DNA of 64,000 nt. It comes from Minisyncoccia bacterium (GTDB taxonomy: Bacteria > Patescibacteriota > Minisyncoccia > Phycocordibacterales > JAACPR01). The stretch lies in contig JBLINH010000001.1 of NCBI GenBank assembly GCA_047639165.1, forward strand, positions 6,054 through 70,053, written 5' to 3'. The translations under genes and the position numbers were made by a program. Shown here in pieces: positions 48,123 to 57,626 of the stretch (the stretch's first letter is position 1; the number at the start of each line of letters is the position of its first letter). Under the pieces are notes generated by a model. The model was not told the DNA's origin, ran no database searches, and saw only the letters and a program-made list of their open reading frames with translations.

Positions 48123-48339
48123 ACTTCATCAACTCCTGTAATTTCTTCTTGTGCTTCATCATGACAGCCAAAGAAGCTGCTTGTTGGTCTTTTCCTTTCT
48201 TAGTCTCAACCTCTATCTCTTTAGCAAGCTCGGTAAAGAATTTTGGATCTTTCTCAATCATCTTCATAAACTTATCTTGTTGATCAGGTGGTAAACCTTT
48301 CAACTGTCGCTTCATCATTTTCTTCATTAAAAAATTCAT
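48121..48339 (-). CDS. Hypothetical small Lys/Met-rich protein (72 aa)
   Basis: An ORF adjacent to a terminator, with no recognisable domain. Confidence 0.35.
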   Translation of the reverse strand: MNFLMKKMMKRQLKGLPPDQQDKFMKMIEKDPKFFTELAKEIEVETKKGKDQQAASLAVMMKHKKKLQELMK

Positions 48340-48366
48340 AGATTAAAATATTAACATAATTAACTA

Positions 48367-48609
48367 CTAAGGCCTAAACTCGTTCAATAATCTTCTTACA
48401 TCCTCGACTCTGTCCCCAACAAAAGGAACAAATCCCAATATATCCAAAAACCAACTAGCACCAATAATAATCAGAGTTGCTCCAGCAACAGCTCCAGATC
48501 CTTGAAGCATTCCATACCACACAATCTTCCACCATGAGTTAAATCTTTCGCTTAGTCTATTAACTGATTTTTTTAAATCGTCTATGGATCCTTTTAGGTC
48601 ATCATTCAT
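48367..48609 (-). CDS. Hypothetical small membrane protein (80 aa)
   Basis: One or two TM helices. Overlaps the upstream ORF by 4 nt. Confidence 0.4.
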   Translation of the reverse strand: MNDDLKGSIDDLKKSVNRLSERFNSWWKIVWYGMLQGSGAVAGATLIIIGASWFLDILGFVPFVGDRVEDVRRLLNEFRP

Positions 48610-48851
48610 ATTTTTGTTTCTGTATTTATTTCTTTTATTACTTTATTTTTCTTTTTCGCTCTAAACACTGTTGGCATCATAAAAAGAGCTCCTGAGATAA
48701 AACCTGTAACCAAGGTAATGAAAAGAATTACAGCGAGAGGTGCTTCAACTGAAAGATTAAAGAAAGAAACAGAAGTTTGTTCAATGTTCTGAAGAACAAA
48801 GATCATTGCAACTGCTGAAATTATTGTAGCTATTGTTATTAGAAGTCTCAT
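48606..48851 (-). CDS. LapA/DUF1049-like small inner-membrane protein
   Basis: Two-TM topology with a basic C-terminal tail, about 80 aa. Confidence 0.4.
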   Translation of the reverse strand: MRLLITIATIISAVAMIFVLQNIEQTSVSFFNLSVEAPLAVILFITLVTGFISGALFMMPTVFRAKKKNKVIKEINTETKI

Positions 48852-48865
48852 AAAAATATACTAAC

Positions 48866-49813
48866 CTATCTTAAGTAATAATCAATATTTTGTTTATGCC
48901 CATCGTAAGTAGCAGAACAATGAATGTTTCTTCTGGCATCGTGAAGATAGAATAAACAACTAGTATCAATTGGACTAAGTGCCGCTGCTACGGCTGATTT
49001 ACCGGGGTTTGCGATAGCTGTAGGAGGTAATCCTTTGTTTTGATATGTATTGTATGGAGATTCTAAATACTTATCCTTAGGATGGACTCTAGGCCACCAT
49101 AGTTCTTCATCCCCTTTTACATACTGGAGTGTTGCATCTAATTGAAGTGGCATTCCTTGTTCCAATCTATTCCAGATAATTCCAGATATTAATCTCATAT
49201 CATTTTTTCCTCCAGCTTCTCTTTGAATTAGAGATGCAATGGTTACTATCTTATTAACTTCAGAAGGATTATCTTTCCCTGAAACTTCTTCTATATAACT
49301 GTACAGTTCAGCATTCATCTCGTTTTTGATGACATTAACCCCTTCGTCTTTATGGATTGCATACTTACCTGGATGCAAGTATCCTTCACTTCCTATTAGA
49401 GAACAGAATGGAAATATTTTTGAGAATCTATCTACTTTCTCGTCATCCCAACTAAGAAGTTCTCCAACTTCTTTTGCAATTTCTTCTGTTCGAAGCCCTT
49501 CTTCAATATATACATATTTATATACAGGATCGATAAGTCTCGCATGTAGTGCAAGTGCTCCCATGCCTTCTTGAAGCTCAAAACCTCCAAGCGCATAGGT
49601 ATTGTTGAACTTAGCATTCAATGACAACATCCAGTATGAAAGTTTATTTTGAATGAATCCTTCCTCGTATAACTTATTTACAATTTCTTGCGATGTTAAT
49701 TCTTCATCGATAAAAACAACTTTACTAGGTTTGCTTTCATTGTGTGTGTAGAAAACAGAAAAAAATAAAACAAAAAGTAGTACCGGTACAAGAATTCTAG
49801 TTTTCCTATTCAT
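48866..49813 (-). CDS. Endolytic murein transglycosylase MltG (YceG-like), copy 2
   Basis: SPYNTYQNKGLPPTAIANPGKSAVAAALSP, with an N-terminal anchor. Confidence 0.8.
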   Translation of the reverse strand: MNRKTRILVPVLLFVLFFSVFYTHNESKPSKVVFIDEELTSQEIVNKLYEEGFIQNKLSYWMLSLNAKFNNTYALGGFELQEGMGALALHARLIDPVYKYVYIEEGLRTEEIAKEVGELLSWDDEKVDRFSKIFPFCSLIGSEGYLHPGKYAIHKDEGVNVIKNEMNAELYSYIEEVSGKDNPSEVNKIVTIASLIQREAGGKNDMRLISGIIWNRLEQGMPLQLDATLQYVKGDEELWWPRVHPKDKYLESPYNTYQNKGLPPTAIANPGKSAVAAALSPIDTSCLFYLHDARRNIHCSATYDGHKQNIDYYLR

Positions 49814-49817
49814 ACCA

Positions 49818-50222
49818 CTATTCTAGCACCTCTTTTCTTATAAACGAGAGAGTTGTTCCGCGTGGTATATAAAGTAGTGTCATTTCTTCTTCACTGACTT
49901 CTTCTATTGCGTACAAGAATAGTGAACTATCTATGTTTGTATTTAGGAAATATTCGTATTCCTTATTGTAGTTAATCTCTGAATCTTCAGAATCTACACT
50001 TCTTGTAACTGACCATGTACCTTGAGTACTTAGTTCTTTGTATTTTTCAAACACAGACCCATAGTTTGTAAAGGTGACTATATAATCACTATCCTGAGTA
50101 CTTTCCCATGTCCCAATAACGTCCTCTTCTATTTTAATAGTTCCGTATATTATATACGTAATGTAACTAAGTATGAGTAGTATAAAAACTGATACTGTTA
50201 AAATCCAATATGGTTTCTTCAT
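49818..50222 (-). CDS. Hypothetical membrane-anchored protein (134 aa)
   Basis: N-terminal TM. Directly upstream of MltG copy 2. Confidence 0.4.
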   Translation of the reverse strand: MKKPYWILTVSVFILLILSYITYIIYGTIKIEEDVIGTWESTQDSDYIVTFTNYGSVFEKYKELSTQGTWSVTRSVDSEDSEINYNKEYEYFLNTNIDSSLFLYAIEEVSEEEMTLLYIPRGTTLSFIRKEVLE

Positions 50223-50389
50223 AATAAATATAATAACACATTAGATTGGTGAAAATACCAAACCTAAAGTAGAGGCAATCAATCCAACAATTCAACAGTG
50301 GTGGACCTAGGTATATTTGATTTTAACCAGATAGTGAAGGAGTTGAAGGTTTGGGGGAAGTTAAGTTTTTATGTAGACTCTCATATATT

Positions 50390-51532
50390 TTAAAAAGTAA
50401 ATATACTCCACCAAGACTTCGATATTTTTTCAACTTCAAAACTGCCCTTTTCAACAACAATAGTGTGTTTTATCTTCACGGGGATAAAACCAAATAATTT
50501 TGCTTTAGTTTTTCCACTCACAGTAAAGTTATAGTCATTTTCTTTTACGACATTTAAGCCTCTGGAGCTGAACTTTTCTTTCACTTTATCAGTTATGTAT
50601 TCTTTTCTCTCTTCTTCATTATCTGTTTCAAGTATTTTTTCTCTAGTATCTTCGATAAACTCCTTTTTTATATTTTCTATTGAAGGTCTAGTAGTATTAC
50701 TATTTACTTGGTTACTTACCGGTATAATTGGATTTTGATGAGGAGTACTCATACTCTCAACTTTAGTTACCTCAATTGTTTCAGTTTTATCGATACTATC
50801 CAATTCCTTAATTACTTTTACTACTTCCTTCTCTACATCTTCTTTAACATCTATGTCTTTAGAAATACTAACTTTTTCATAAGTAACCTCAACTTGACCA
50901 CAATCAACTGAGAATACCCATTCATTACCTGAGTATGCATCAACAGTTCGCTCGTATGTACCAGTATTGTTAAAAACTTGTGTGTAAGGCGCAGATTCAA
51001 TCTCTATATTTGGAGTTATTGTAAAATCATATAAATCTTTCTTTCCACCAAAATCAACCACCCAATCAACGCTTTCACCTACAAATACATCTCTGCCGGT
51101 TGGGTGACATTCAACCTCCTCCCCAGGCCATGGTTCTGGATCTGGTGTTTGTGCAGGTATGATTTCATACGCACCTATATAAATGTAGTCATCCGAGTAA
51201 GCTTCAATAGTATTACCATCTGATGTTTTTCCTACTATCTTAGTCTTAAACTTCAAACCACCCTCTAGAAAATCAGTGACCTCCCAATGCCAAAACTTAT
51301 ATAGAGCATTATAATCTTTCTTTATTAAATGTAGTTGCCCTGTCTCAACTGACTCTAGGTATATAGATAGAGTCTCTATACCCTCTTGTTCCCAATGTGC
51401 TGTAACATCTTCACCTACCTCAAAAACATCTCTTACTGGAAATATAACTTTTATATAAGGTTCGGCTTCAGCATTAACAAAAGAAACTGGCATTGCCAGT
51501 AATATAATTAAAAACAAAAAGATCTTTTTCAT
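50390..51532 (-). CDS. Hypothetical secreted protein (380 aa)
   Basis: Signal peptide, no recognisable domain. Confidence 0.45.
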   Translation of the reverse strand: MKKIFLFLIILLAMPVSFVNAEAEPYIKVIFPVRDVFEVGEDVTAHWEQEGIETLSIYLESVETGQLHLIKKDYNALYKFWHWEVTDFLEGGLKFKTKIVGKTSDGNTIEAYSDDYIYIGAYEIIPAQTPDPEPWPGEEVECHPTGRDVFVGESVDWVVDFGGKKDLYDFTITPNIEIESAPYTQVFNNTGTYERTVDAYSGNEWVFSVDCGQVEVTYEKVSISKDIDVKEDVEKEVVKVIKELDSIDKTETIEVTKVESMSTPHQNPIIPVSNQVNSNTTRPSIENIKKEFIEDTREKILETDNEEERKEYITDKVKEKFSSRGLNVVKENDYNFTVSGKTKAKLFGFIPVKIKHTIVVEKGSFEVEKISKSWWSIFTF

Positions 51533-51581
51533 AAAATATATTATATATCTAAAGTGATATAAAAAGTAAATGATATTAACA

Positions 51582-51656
51582 GGTGGACCTGACAGGATTT
51601 GAACCCGCTACCTCCTCAGTGCAAATGAGGCGCTCTACCAATTGAGCTACAGGCCC
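51582..51656 (-). tRNA. tRNA-Ala (anticodon UGC)
   Basis: The reverse complement folds as a cloverleaf. Acceptor GGGCCTG/CAGGTCC has a G3:U70 pair, the anticodon loop is TTTGCAC, the T-loop is TTCAAAT, and the discriminator is A with CC encoded. Confidence 0.85.
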
Positions 51657-51676
51657 TTGAATACAAGGACTAGAGT

Positions 51677-51704
51677 ATTATACAATTCTAAGGTAAAAAA
51701 TCAA
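51677..51704 (-). promoter_or_regulatory. Putative promoter for tRNA-Ala (TTGATT-16-TATAAT on the minus strand)
   Basis: The reverse complement of 51677-51682 is TATAAT and of 51699-51704 is TTGATT. Confidence 0.4.
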
Positions 51705-51707
51705 TGA

Positions 51708-52661
51708 TTATCTCCCTGTTAGCTCAATTAGGTGATCTAGAAACTCACTGTAGTTTGAACCAACGGAATCAAGACTTGAAGGATATATTGATTCTTCATG
51801 CAGTGCAGGAAGTGCATTTGTCTCAAGTAGAAAAACTCCTCTGGTCGGATGGACGATGAAATCAGAGTTTGAATAATGTTTTAAGTCTAAAATCTCATGT
51901 GCCAATGAAGCTACTCTTGATAGCTCAGACTTCTCGTCTTCAGTGAATGACCCAGGGCAACTTTTTCTTATATCTCCGGTGTACTTACTTTCATAACTAA
52001 AAACTGCACCAGTTTTTTCAATTTCAACAGGCATTAGAGGATATGTGTCATGTCCTCTAAAACTTTCAATGACTCCTACACTGGCTTCTTTACCTCTAAT
52101 GTATTCTTCAATTATCAATTTATCATTATCAATTAGAAGTTCTTTTATTCCAGTCAGCAACGAATCAAAATCATATGCGAAATGTATTCCAAGTGATGAT
52201 CCACTATTAACTGGTTTTAATATTACAGGAAGAGGCATACTTCTAAACACCTCCACTGCCATTACTTCAGGGTTCATACCTGGGAGGTTGTTTAGCTGCT
52301 TTGCATAGGGAGTTTGAATTCCGTGTTCAGAAAATAGTTTTTTAGATTGAGTCTTATTTAGTGAAAGTCCATTGGCAAGAGCTCCTGATCCTGTGTATCT
52401 TATATCAAAAGACTCCAGAAATCTTTGAATTTTACTACACTCGCCGTGCAGTGCATTGAAAACCATAAGAGCTTCGCTAAAAGCTTCTTTGGCTACTACT
52501 CTGTTTCCATTCTTGAACCAATTCCCTTCTCTATCCAATACAATATCATCCACATGATACTTTTGATCAAGTGCTTTTAGAACATATCCCCCAGATTTGA
52601 GAGATATGTCATGTAAATTATCAGTACCACCCCTGAGTACAGCGATTTTATTACGCAACAT
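51708..52661 (-). CDS. ddl: D-alanine--D-alanine ligase
   Basis: ATP-grasp, with ALHGECSKIQRFLESFDIRYTGSGALANGLSLNK. Start at the internal Met after the uvrC stop. Confidence 0.85.
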   Translation of the reverse strand: MLRNKIAVLRGGTDNLHDISLKSGGYVLKALDQKYHVDDIVLDREGNWFKNGNRVVAKEAFSEALMVFNALHGECSKIQRFLESFDIRYTGSGALANGLSLNKTQSKKLFSEHGIQTPYAKQLNNLPGMNPEVMAVEVFRSMPLPVILKPVNSGSSLGIHFAYDFDSLLTGIKELLIDNDKLIIEEYIRGKEASVGVIESFRGHDTYPLMPVEIEKTGAVFSYESKYTGDIRKSCPGSFTEDEKSELSRVASLAHEILDLKHYSNSDFIVHPTRGVFLLETNALPALHEESIYPSSLDSVGSNYSEFLDHLIELTGR

Positions 52662-52680
52662 ATGAATATATGATACCAGA

Positions 52681-53853
52681 TTATTTAAGTTTCTTCCTGT
52701 GAGTTTTACGATAGAAAGAAATTGCAAACCTATGAGCTTCACTGTTAGCTATTAGGACATCCCTCTCATGCTTCCCTATAACTCCTAAAAACTTCTCAGG
52801 CTTATGTTTATCATTCTTTACAACAGATACAACTGGTATATTAAATTCGTTTTCTTTCAAGACCTTTAGAGCTCTATTTCTTTGACCAACACCACCATCG
52901 ACAACTATTAGGTTAGGATATGGCCATTCCGGATGTTTCAGCCTTCTTCTAAGAATCTCTTCAAGAGCCCCAACATCATCTCCTTTTTTAGCTTTCCTTA
53001 GGATGAACTTCCTGTAGTCGGATTTTTTAACCTCACTATCTTCAACCACGGTCATTACTCCAACGGAACTAGTTCCTTGCAGATGAGCTACATCATAGCT
53101 TTCGATTCTGAAATCAATACTGGCTTTTATATTCTCATCTTTGATTAGGGAGACATCTCTAATGTGGTTTAAGGCAAAGATTTTTCTTTTTAAAGAAGAG
53201 GCTTTTTCAAATTCCTTCTCTTTGGCAAGAGTCATCATTTCTTTTTCAAGACTTTGAATTATCTTTTTCTTTTTACCTTGAAAGAAAAGTTTTATATGTC
53301 GTATATTATTTAAATATTCTTTCTTTGTTATCTCACCTGGCTCGAATCCAATTTGTTCGTACAATTTGGAAGACTTCTTCTCTCCATAGAAAGGAAAAAT
53401 CTTCCTGACAATTTTCAAGGCTTCTTCTAATTGTGTTTTGGAAGAGAAAGGTCCGAAGATTGCTAAATACTTTTTATCTTCAAACTCCATGTTTCTTTCT
53501 CTTTTCACCACAACTTTAGGAAGGTCATCTTTTGTGATGAGAACATAGTTAAAACTTTTGTTGTCTTTCTCTATCGAATTATATTTTGGTTGGTGCTTCT
53601 TTATCAGTTCCGCTTCTAGTATTAAAGCTTCTAGAACAGAATCGGTTTCCTGAACTTCTATATCGTTTGATATTGTAACCATATCTACAATCCTAGAACT
53701 TCTAGTGTTTATGAGGTCATTTGCGAAATAGCTCTTGGTTCTATCCTTAAGAGATGTGGCCTTACCTATGTATAGTATTTCTTTATCTTTTTTAAAGAAA
53801 TACACACCTGGAGAATCAGGTAATTTTTTGTTTTTTAAGTAGGATAGTTCCAT
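52681..53853 (-). CDS. uvrC: Excinuclease ABC subunit C, short form lacking the C-terminal (HhH)2 domain
   Basis: N-terminal GIY-YIG (GVYFFKKDKEILYIGKATSLKDR), a UVR region, and the endonuclease-V-like region (VAHLQGTSSVGVMTV). Only 390 aa. Confidence 0.75.
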   Translation of the reverse strand: MELSYLKNKKLPDSPGVYFFKKDKEILYIGKATSLKDRTKSYFANDLINTRSSRIVDMVTISNDIEVQETDSVLEALILEAELIKKHQPKYNSIEKDNKSFNYVLITKDDLPKVVVKRERNMEFEDKKYLAIFGPFSSKTQLEEALKIVRKIFPFYGEKKSSKLYEQIGFEPGEITKKEYLNNIRHIKLFFQGKKKKIIQSLEKEMMTLAKEKEFEKASSLKRKIFALNHIRDVSLIKDENIKASIDFRIESYDVAHLQGTSSVGVMTVVEDSEVKKSDYRKFILRKAKKGDDVGALEEILRRRLKHPEWPYPNLIVVDGGVGQRNRALKVLKENEFNIPVVSVVKNDKHKPEKFLGVIGKHERDVLIANSEAHRFAISFYRKTHRKKLK

Positions 53854-53883
53854 ATGTTCTTTATATCACAAGAATAGATAATC

Positions 53884-53911
53884 TTGCAATTTTTATATAT
53901 TGTGGTATAGT
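53884..53911 (+). promoter_or_regulatory. Strong sigma-70-like promoter with an extended -10 (TTGCAA-16-TGgTATAGT)
   Basis: TTGCAA at 53884-89, TG at 53903-04, and TATAGT at 53906-11. Confidence 0.5.
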
Positions 53912-53919
53912 ACATACAG

Positions 53920-54138
53920 ATGAAAAGATATCCAGTAATAGTGAGCAAAGGTCAACTTCTTTATAGGAGTCCAGATTGTAACAAGACTGTTGCAGTTTTG
54001 ATCCTACATGCATTAGTGATACTTGCCTTCGTGCCACTATCTTCAAAATTCTCACCAAACCAGAAGGAATTGAAACCAGCTACCCCACCACCCGTCAAGG
54101 TGGTGGAAGAAGCTAAAATAACTTCTGTGTCGAGGTAA
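53920..54138 (+). CDS. Candidate small membrane protein (72 aa); alternatively the body of an sRNA
   Basis: The ORF starts 9 nt after the predicted -10 and has no SD. It contains a TM-like segment. It is followed by three stable hairpins and a T-run. Confidence 0.3.
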   Translation: MKRYPVIVSKGQLLYRSPDCNKTVAVLILHALVILAFVPLSSKFSPNQKELKPATPPPVKVVEEAKITSVSR

Positions 54139-54195
54139 AGATTTATATCTTTACCTAGAAACCACTCGTCACTTTGTGCACGAGTGGTTTTCTCT
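54085..54195. terminator. Triple hairpin cluster with a T-run (terminator for the plus cassette and for uvrA)
   Basis: Hairpins ccaccacc/ggtggtgg at 54085-54106, ggtaaagat/atctttacc at 54134-54155, and accactcgt/acgagtggt at 54161-54188, then tttctcttttatttcttt. Confidence 0.55.
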
Positions 54196-54196
54196 T

Positions 54197-56791
54197 TTAT
54201 TTCTTTAAATACTTCTTCAAGTAATTTCCAGTGTACGACTCCTTAACTTGAGCAACTTGTTCAGGTGTTCCCTTTGCTACGATGTTTCCACCCTTTTCTC
54301 CCCCTTCAGGTCCGATATCTATAACATAATCAGCAGACTTGATAATATCCATACTGTGCTCGATGATAATTACAGTATTTCCCTTATCAACCAGTTTCTG
54401 AAGAATTTCGATAAGTTTAATAACGTCCTCGTAGTGTAAACCAATTGTTGGTTCATCTAAGATATACACTGTTTTTTGTAAGTGAGATCTATACAACTCT
54501 GATGATATTTTAACTCTCTGTGCCTCTCCACCTGAAAGTGTAGTTGCTGATTGTCCAAGCTCCAGATATCCAAGACCCACTTCGTTTAGAGTTTTCAGTC
54601 TGTCTGAGATTGATGGTATATCGATAAAGAATTTAAGTGCGTCTTCAACTGTCATATTCAAAACATCATGAATATTTTTATTTTTGTACTTAACCTCCAA
54701 AGTTTCTTTCATAAATCTCTTTCCCATACAAACTTCACAAGGAACATATACAGTTGGAAGAAAGTGCATTTCAACAGCTATCTGTCCGTTTCCTTGGCAA
54801 GCTTCACATCTTCCACCTTTAACATTGAAAGAGAACCTTCCAGATTTCCATCCTCTGTATCTTGCTTCTTCAGTTTCAGCAAACATATCTCTGATATGTG
54901 TCCACGCTCCAGTATATGTAGCAGGGTTTGATCTAGGAGTTCTACCGATAGCCGATTGATTTATAAGGATTGACCTCCCAGCGTACTCAGTACCGGTAAA
55001 TTCTTTACAGTTATACAGATCATTAGTTCTGTATTTTCTATCGAATCGAGCTCTAAGGTTTTTGTTTAAGATCTCGTATACAAAAGATGACTTTCCAGAT
55101 CCAGATACTCCAGTAACAGCTACCAGTTTACCGAGAGGAATATCAACATTCATATTTTTTATATTAAAAATATTTCCACCCTTAATTCTAATCTTTCCTT
55201 TATTTTCATCCCTTCTTTTCTTTGGGATAGGGATCACCTTATCACCTCGAAGATAATCTAGTGTTACAGACCCTGAAGGATTTGTTTTTGCTGTAAGGAG
55301 TTTTTCTAATTCCCCAGCCACTACAACTTCCCCGCCATGATTTCCAGCTCCTGGTCCAATATCAACAATATAGTCTGATGCGAAGATAGTATCTTCGTCA
55401 TGTTCCACTACTATTATAGTATTTCCTAAATCACGAAGCTCAAGAAGAGTTTTGATCAGCCGATCATTATCTCTCGAGTGTAAACCAATTGTTGGTTCAT
55501 CAAGTACATAAAGTGCACCAACCAAACCTGATCCTAGTTGACTAGCTAATCTAATTCTTTGAGCTTCTCCACCAGAGAGAGTGTGAGCCTTTCTGTTTAG
55601 TCCTAGGTATTCAATACCAACATTATCCATGAAGTTAAGTCTGGCTTCTATTTCTTTTATAACAACTTTTGCAATTTCTTTCTCCACTTTAGAAAGTTTT
55701 AGTTTTGAGAAAAACATAAGAGCCTTACTAATAGACATAGCCGAAAGAAGTACTATATTGATCTTCTCTTTAGAATCTCCTAAATACACACTAAGTGCTT
55801 CAGCTCTTAATCTATCTCCATTACACTTCTTACAAACTTCATCCCCAAAGAAATGTCTTGTTCCAAGACCATTACATTCATCACATGCTCCGTGAGGTGA
55901 GTTAAATGAGAACAGTCTTGGTTCTATTTCTGGAAATGAGAACCCATCGTATGGACACATGAATTTAGATGACATTAGTTTCTCTTCCTCAAAAGCTACT
56001 ATCTTAATCAAGCCTTCTGTTTCATCAAGGGTTTTTTCGATAGCTTCACTCAGTCTTTCTTTTGTATCATCACTTCCTGATTTTACCTCACTAACAAAAA
56101 ACTCATCGATGAGGATATCAATATCGTGTTTTTTATTCTTAGCAAGTTCTATCCTGTCCCGTAGTTTTATTTCTTTTCCATCAATTCTTGCTTTCTCATA
56201 TCCTTTTCCAAGATAGTCGTATAGTAACTGATAGTATTCCCCCTTTCTTCCAACAACTACAGGAGCAAATATTTTTACTTTCAAATCGTTTATCTTTACA
56301 CCCATAACATCCTTATCAATTTTTTTTGTATCAATATCCTTCACTGCCTTTATGACAGTCCGCAGAATTTCCTCATTAGATAGTTTTTTTATCTCTCTCC
56401 CGCACTCTAAACAGTGAGGCTTACCAACTCTGGCAAAAAGTATTCGAAGGTAATCATATATTTCTGTAATAGTGGCAACTGTTGATCTAGGGTTATTTGA
56501 TCTTGATTTCTGATCTATTGAAATGGCAGGGGAAAGACCTGTGATCTCATCAACATCAGGTTTTTGCATTTGTTTAAGGAATTGTCTGGCATATGCAGAA
56601 AGAGATTCAACATATCTTCTTTGTCCTTCAGCGAAGATAGTATCAAAAGCTAATGATGATTTTCCAGATCCAGATAGACCAGTGAAAACTACCATTTTGT
56701 CTCGTGGCATTTCTAAGTCTATATTCTTTAGATTATGGGTTCTTGCGCCCTTAACCACTATTTTGTCTTTGTCTTCTTTTTTACTTTCCAT
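54197..56791 (-). CDS. uvrA: Excinuclease ABC subunit A
   Basis: Two ABC cassettes ([23 protein letters not shown]), zinc-finger Cys clusters, and [11 protein letters not shown] near the N-terminus. Confidence 0.9.
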   Translation of the reverse strand: MESKKEDKDKIVVKGARTHNLKNIDLEMPRDKMVVFTGLSGSGKSSLAFDTIFAEGQRRYVESLSAYARQFLKQMQKPDVDEITGLSPAISIDQKSRSNNPRSTVATITEIYDYLRILFARVGKPHCLECGREIKKLSNEEILRTVIKAVKDIDTKKIDKDVMGVKINDLKVKIFAPVVVGRKGEYYQLLYDYLGKGYEKARIDGKEIKLRDRIELAKNKKHDIDILIDEFFVSEVKSGSDDTKERLSEAIEKTLDETEGLIKIVAFEEEKLMSSKFMCPYDGFSFPEIEPRLFSFNSPHGACDECNGLGTRHFFGDEVCKKCNGDRLRAEALSVYLGDSKEKINIVLLSAMSISKALMFFSKLKLSKVEKEIAKVVIKEIEARLNFMDNVGIEYLGLNRKAHTLSGGEAQRIRLASQLGSGLVGALYVLDEPTIGLHSRDNDRLIKTLLELRDLGNTIIVVEHDEDTIFASDYIVDIGPGAGNHGGEVVVAGELEKLLTAKTNPSGSVTLDYLRGDKVIPIPKKRRDENKGKIRIKGGNIFNIKNMNVDIPLGKLVAVTGVSGSGKSSFVYEILNKNLRARFDRKYRTNDLYNCKEFTGTEYAGRSILINQSAIGRTPRSNPATYTGAWTHIRDMFAETEEARYRGWKSGRFSFNVKGGRCEACQGNGQIAVEMHFLPTVYVPCEVCMGKRFMKETLEVKYKNKNIHDVLNMTVEDALKFFIDIPSISDRLKTLNEVGLGYLELGQSATTLSGGEAQRVKISSELYRSHLQKTVYILDEPTIGLHYEDVIKLIEILQKLVDKGNTVIIIEHSMDIIKSADYVIDIGPEGGEKGGNIVAKGTPEQVAQVKESYTGNYLKKYLKK

Positions 56792-56861
56792 AGAGTATTC
56801 CCTATGCATGGTGGCACAGAGTTTAATTATCTTATATGTAGAGGACATCTTAGCAGAAAAG

Positions 56862-56895
56862 TCAAAGCCCCGCCACTAATGTGACGGGGCTGAAA
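56862..56895 (-). terminator. Putative terminator hairpin after adk
   Basis: 7-bp GC stem agccccg/cggggct with a 12-nt loop, then a T-rich tract on the minus strand. Confidence 0.4.
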
Positions 56896-56915
56896 TATTA
56901 TCGTGTAACTAACCT

Positions 56916-57539
56916 TTAGGCAGCTACATCTGTTTTAAAACCAAGAACTTTTTTTGCTTGAAGAAAAGTCTCGTCTGCTTTTCCCTCAGAAGAAATTTGA
57001 AAAATCTTATAACCTATTTTTCTTAAATTTTCTCTAATTCCTTTAATCTCTTCTTTGTAGAATGTGAGAGCTTTTGTAGTCGCTTCTACAGAAAGATCAT
57101 TTCTTCTTTTTCTGCTGCGATCATTCATAATTCGATCGAAACATTCTTTTTCATTCAAAGCCACCTCGATGATAGCCACATTCGAACATCCAAGCTCTTC
57201 TTCACCAAAACTAATATGTTTAAGTAAATTTGTCAGCTCTGAGGCTTGATTCTCATTTCTCGGAAAACCTTCTAGAGCAAGTCCTCCGTATTTTGCATCT
57301 CTAACTTTTGTCAGAATATCATCTTTAGTGATTTTCATGGTGACATTATCCGGGATGAGAATCCTTTTGGATAATCCTTCTGAATATTCATCCCTAAATT
57401 TTTCGCATTTTTTTAACTTTTCTCTGCAAATATCACCCACACCTGCGTGGTAGAAACTAGAAAGAGAAGCTATCTTTTTAGCAAGGCTACTCTTACCAGA
57501 ACCTACAGGTCCAATCACTACAATCCCACTATACTTCAT
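56916..57539 (-). CDS. adk: Adenylate kinase
   Basis: P-loop GPVGSGKSS and LEGFPRN (the GFPR signature). Confidence 0.75.
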   Translation of the reverse strand: MKYSGIVVIGPVGSGKSSLAKKIASLSSFYHAGVGDICREKLKKCEKFRDEYSEGLSKRILIPDNVTMKITKDDILTKVRDAKYGGLALEGFPRNENQASELTNLLKHISFGEEELGCSNVAIIEVALNEKECFDRIMNDRSRKRRNDLSVEATTKALTFYKEEIKGIRENLRKIGYKIFQISSEGKADETFLQAKKVLGFKTDVAA

Positions 57540-57626
57540 TGTGTTTTCTCCTTTATTTTTGGTTTTTATCTAAATGAACTAACGATCAATCAACTCATAA
57601 TATATACCTCTCACAAAAAAATTCAA

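Noticed and set aside
50316-50328. The 9-nt string ggtggacct matches the 3' end of tRNA-Ala at 51582-51590. If real, it would be an att-like direct repeat marking a 1.25-kb insertion at the tRNA.
   Set aside because: The identity is only 9-10 nt, which is expected by chance about once in a window this size. The intervening segment carries no integrase or recombinase.
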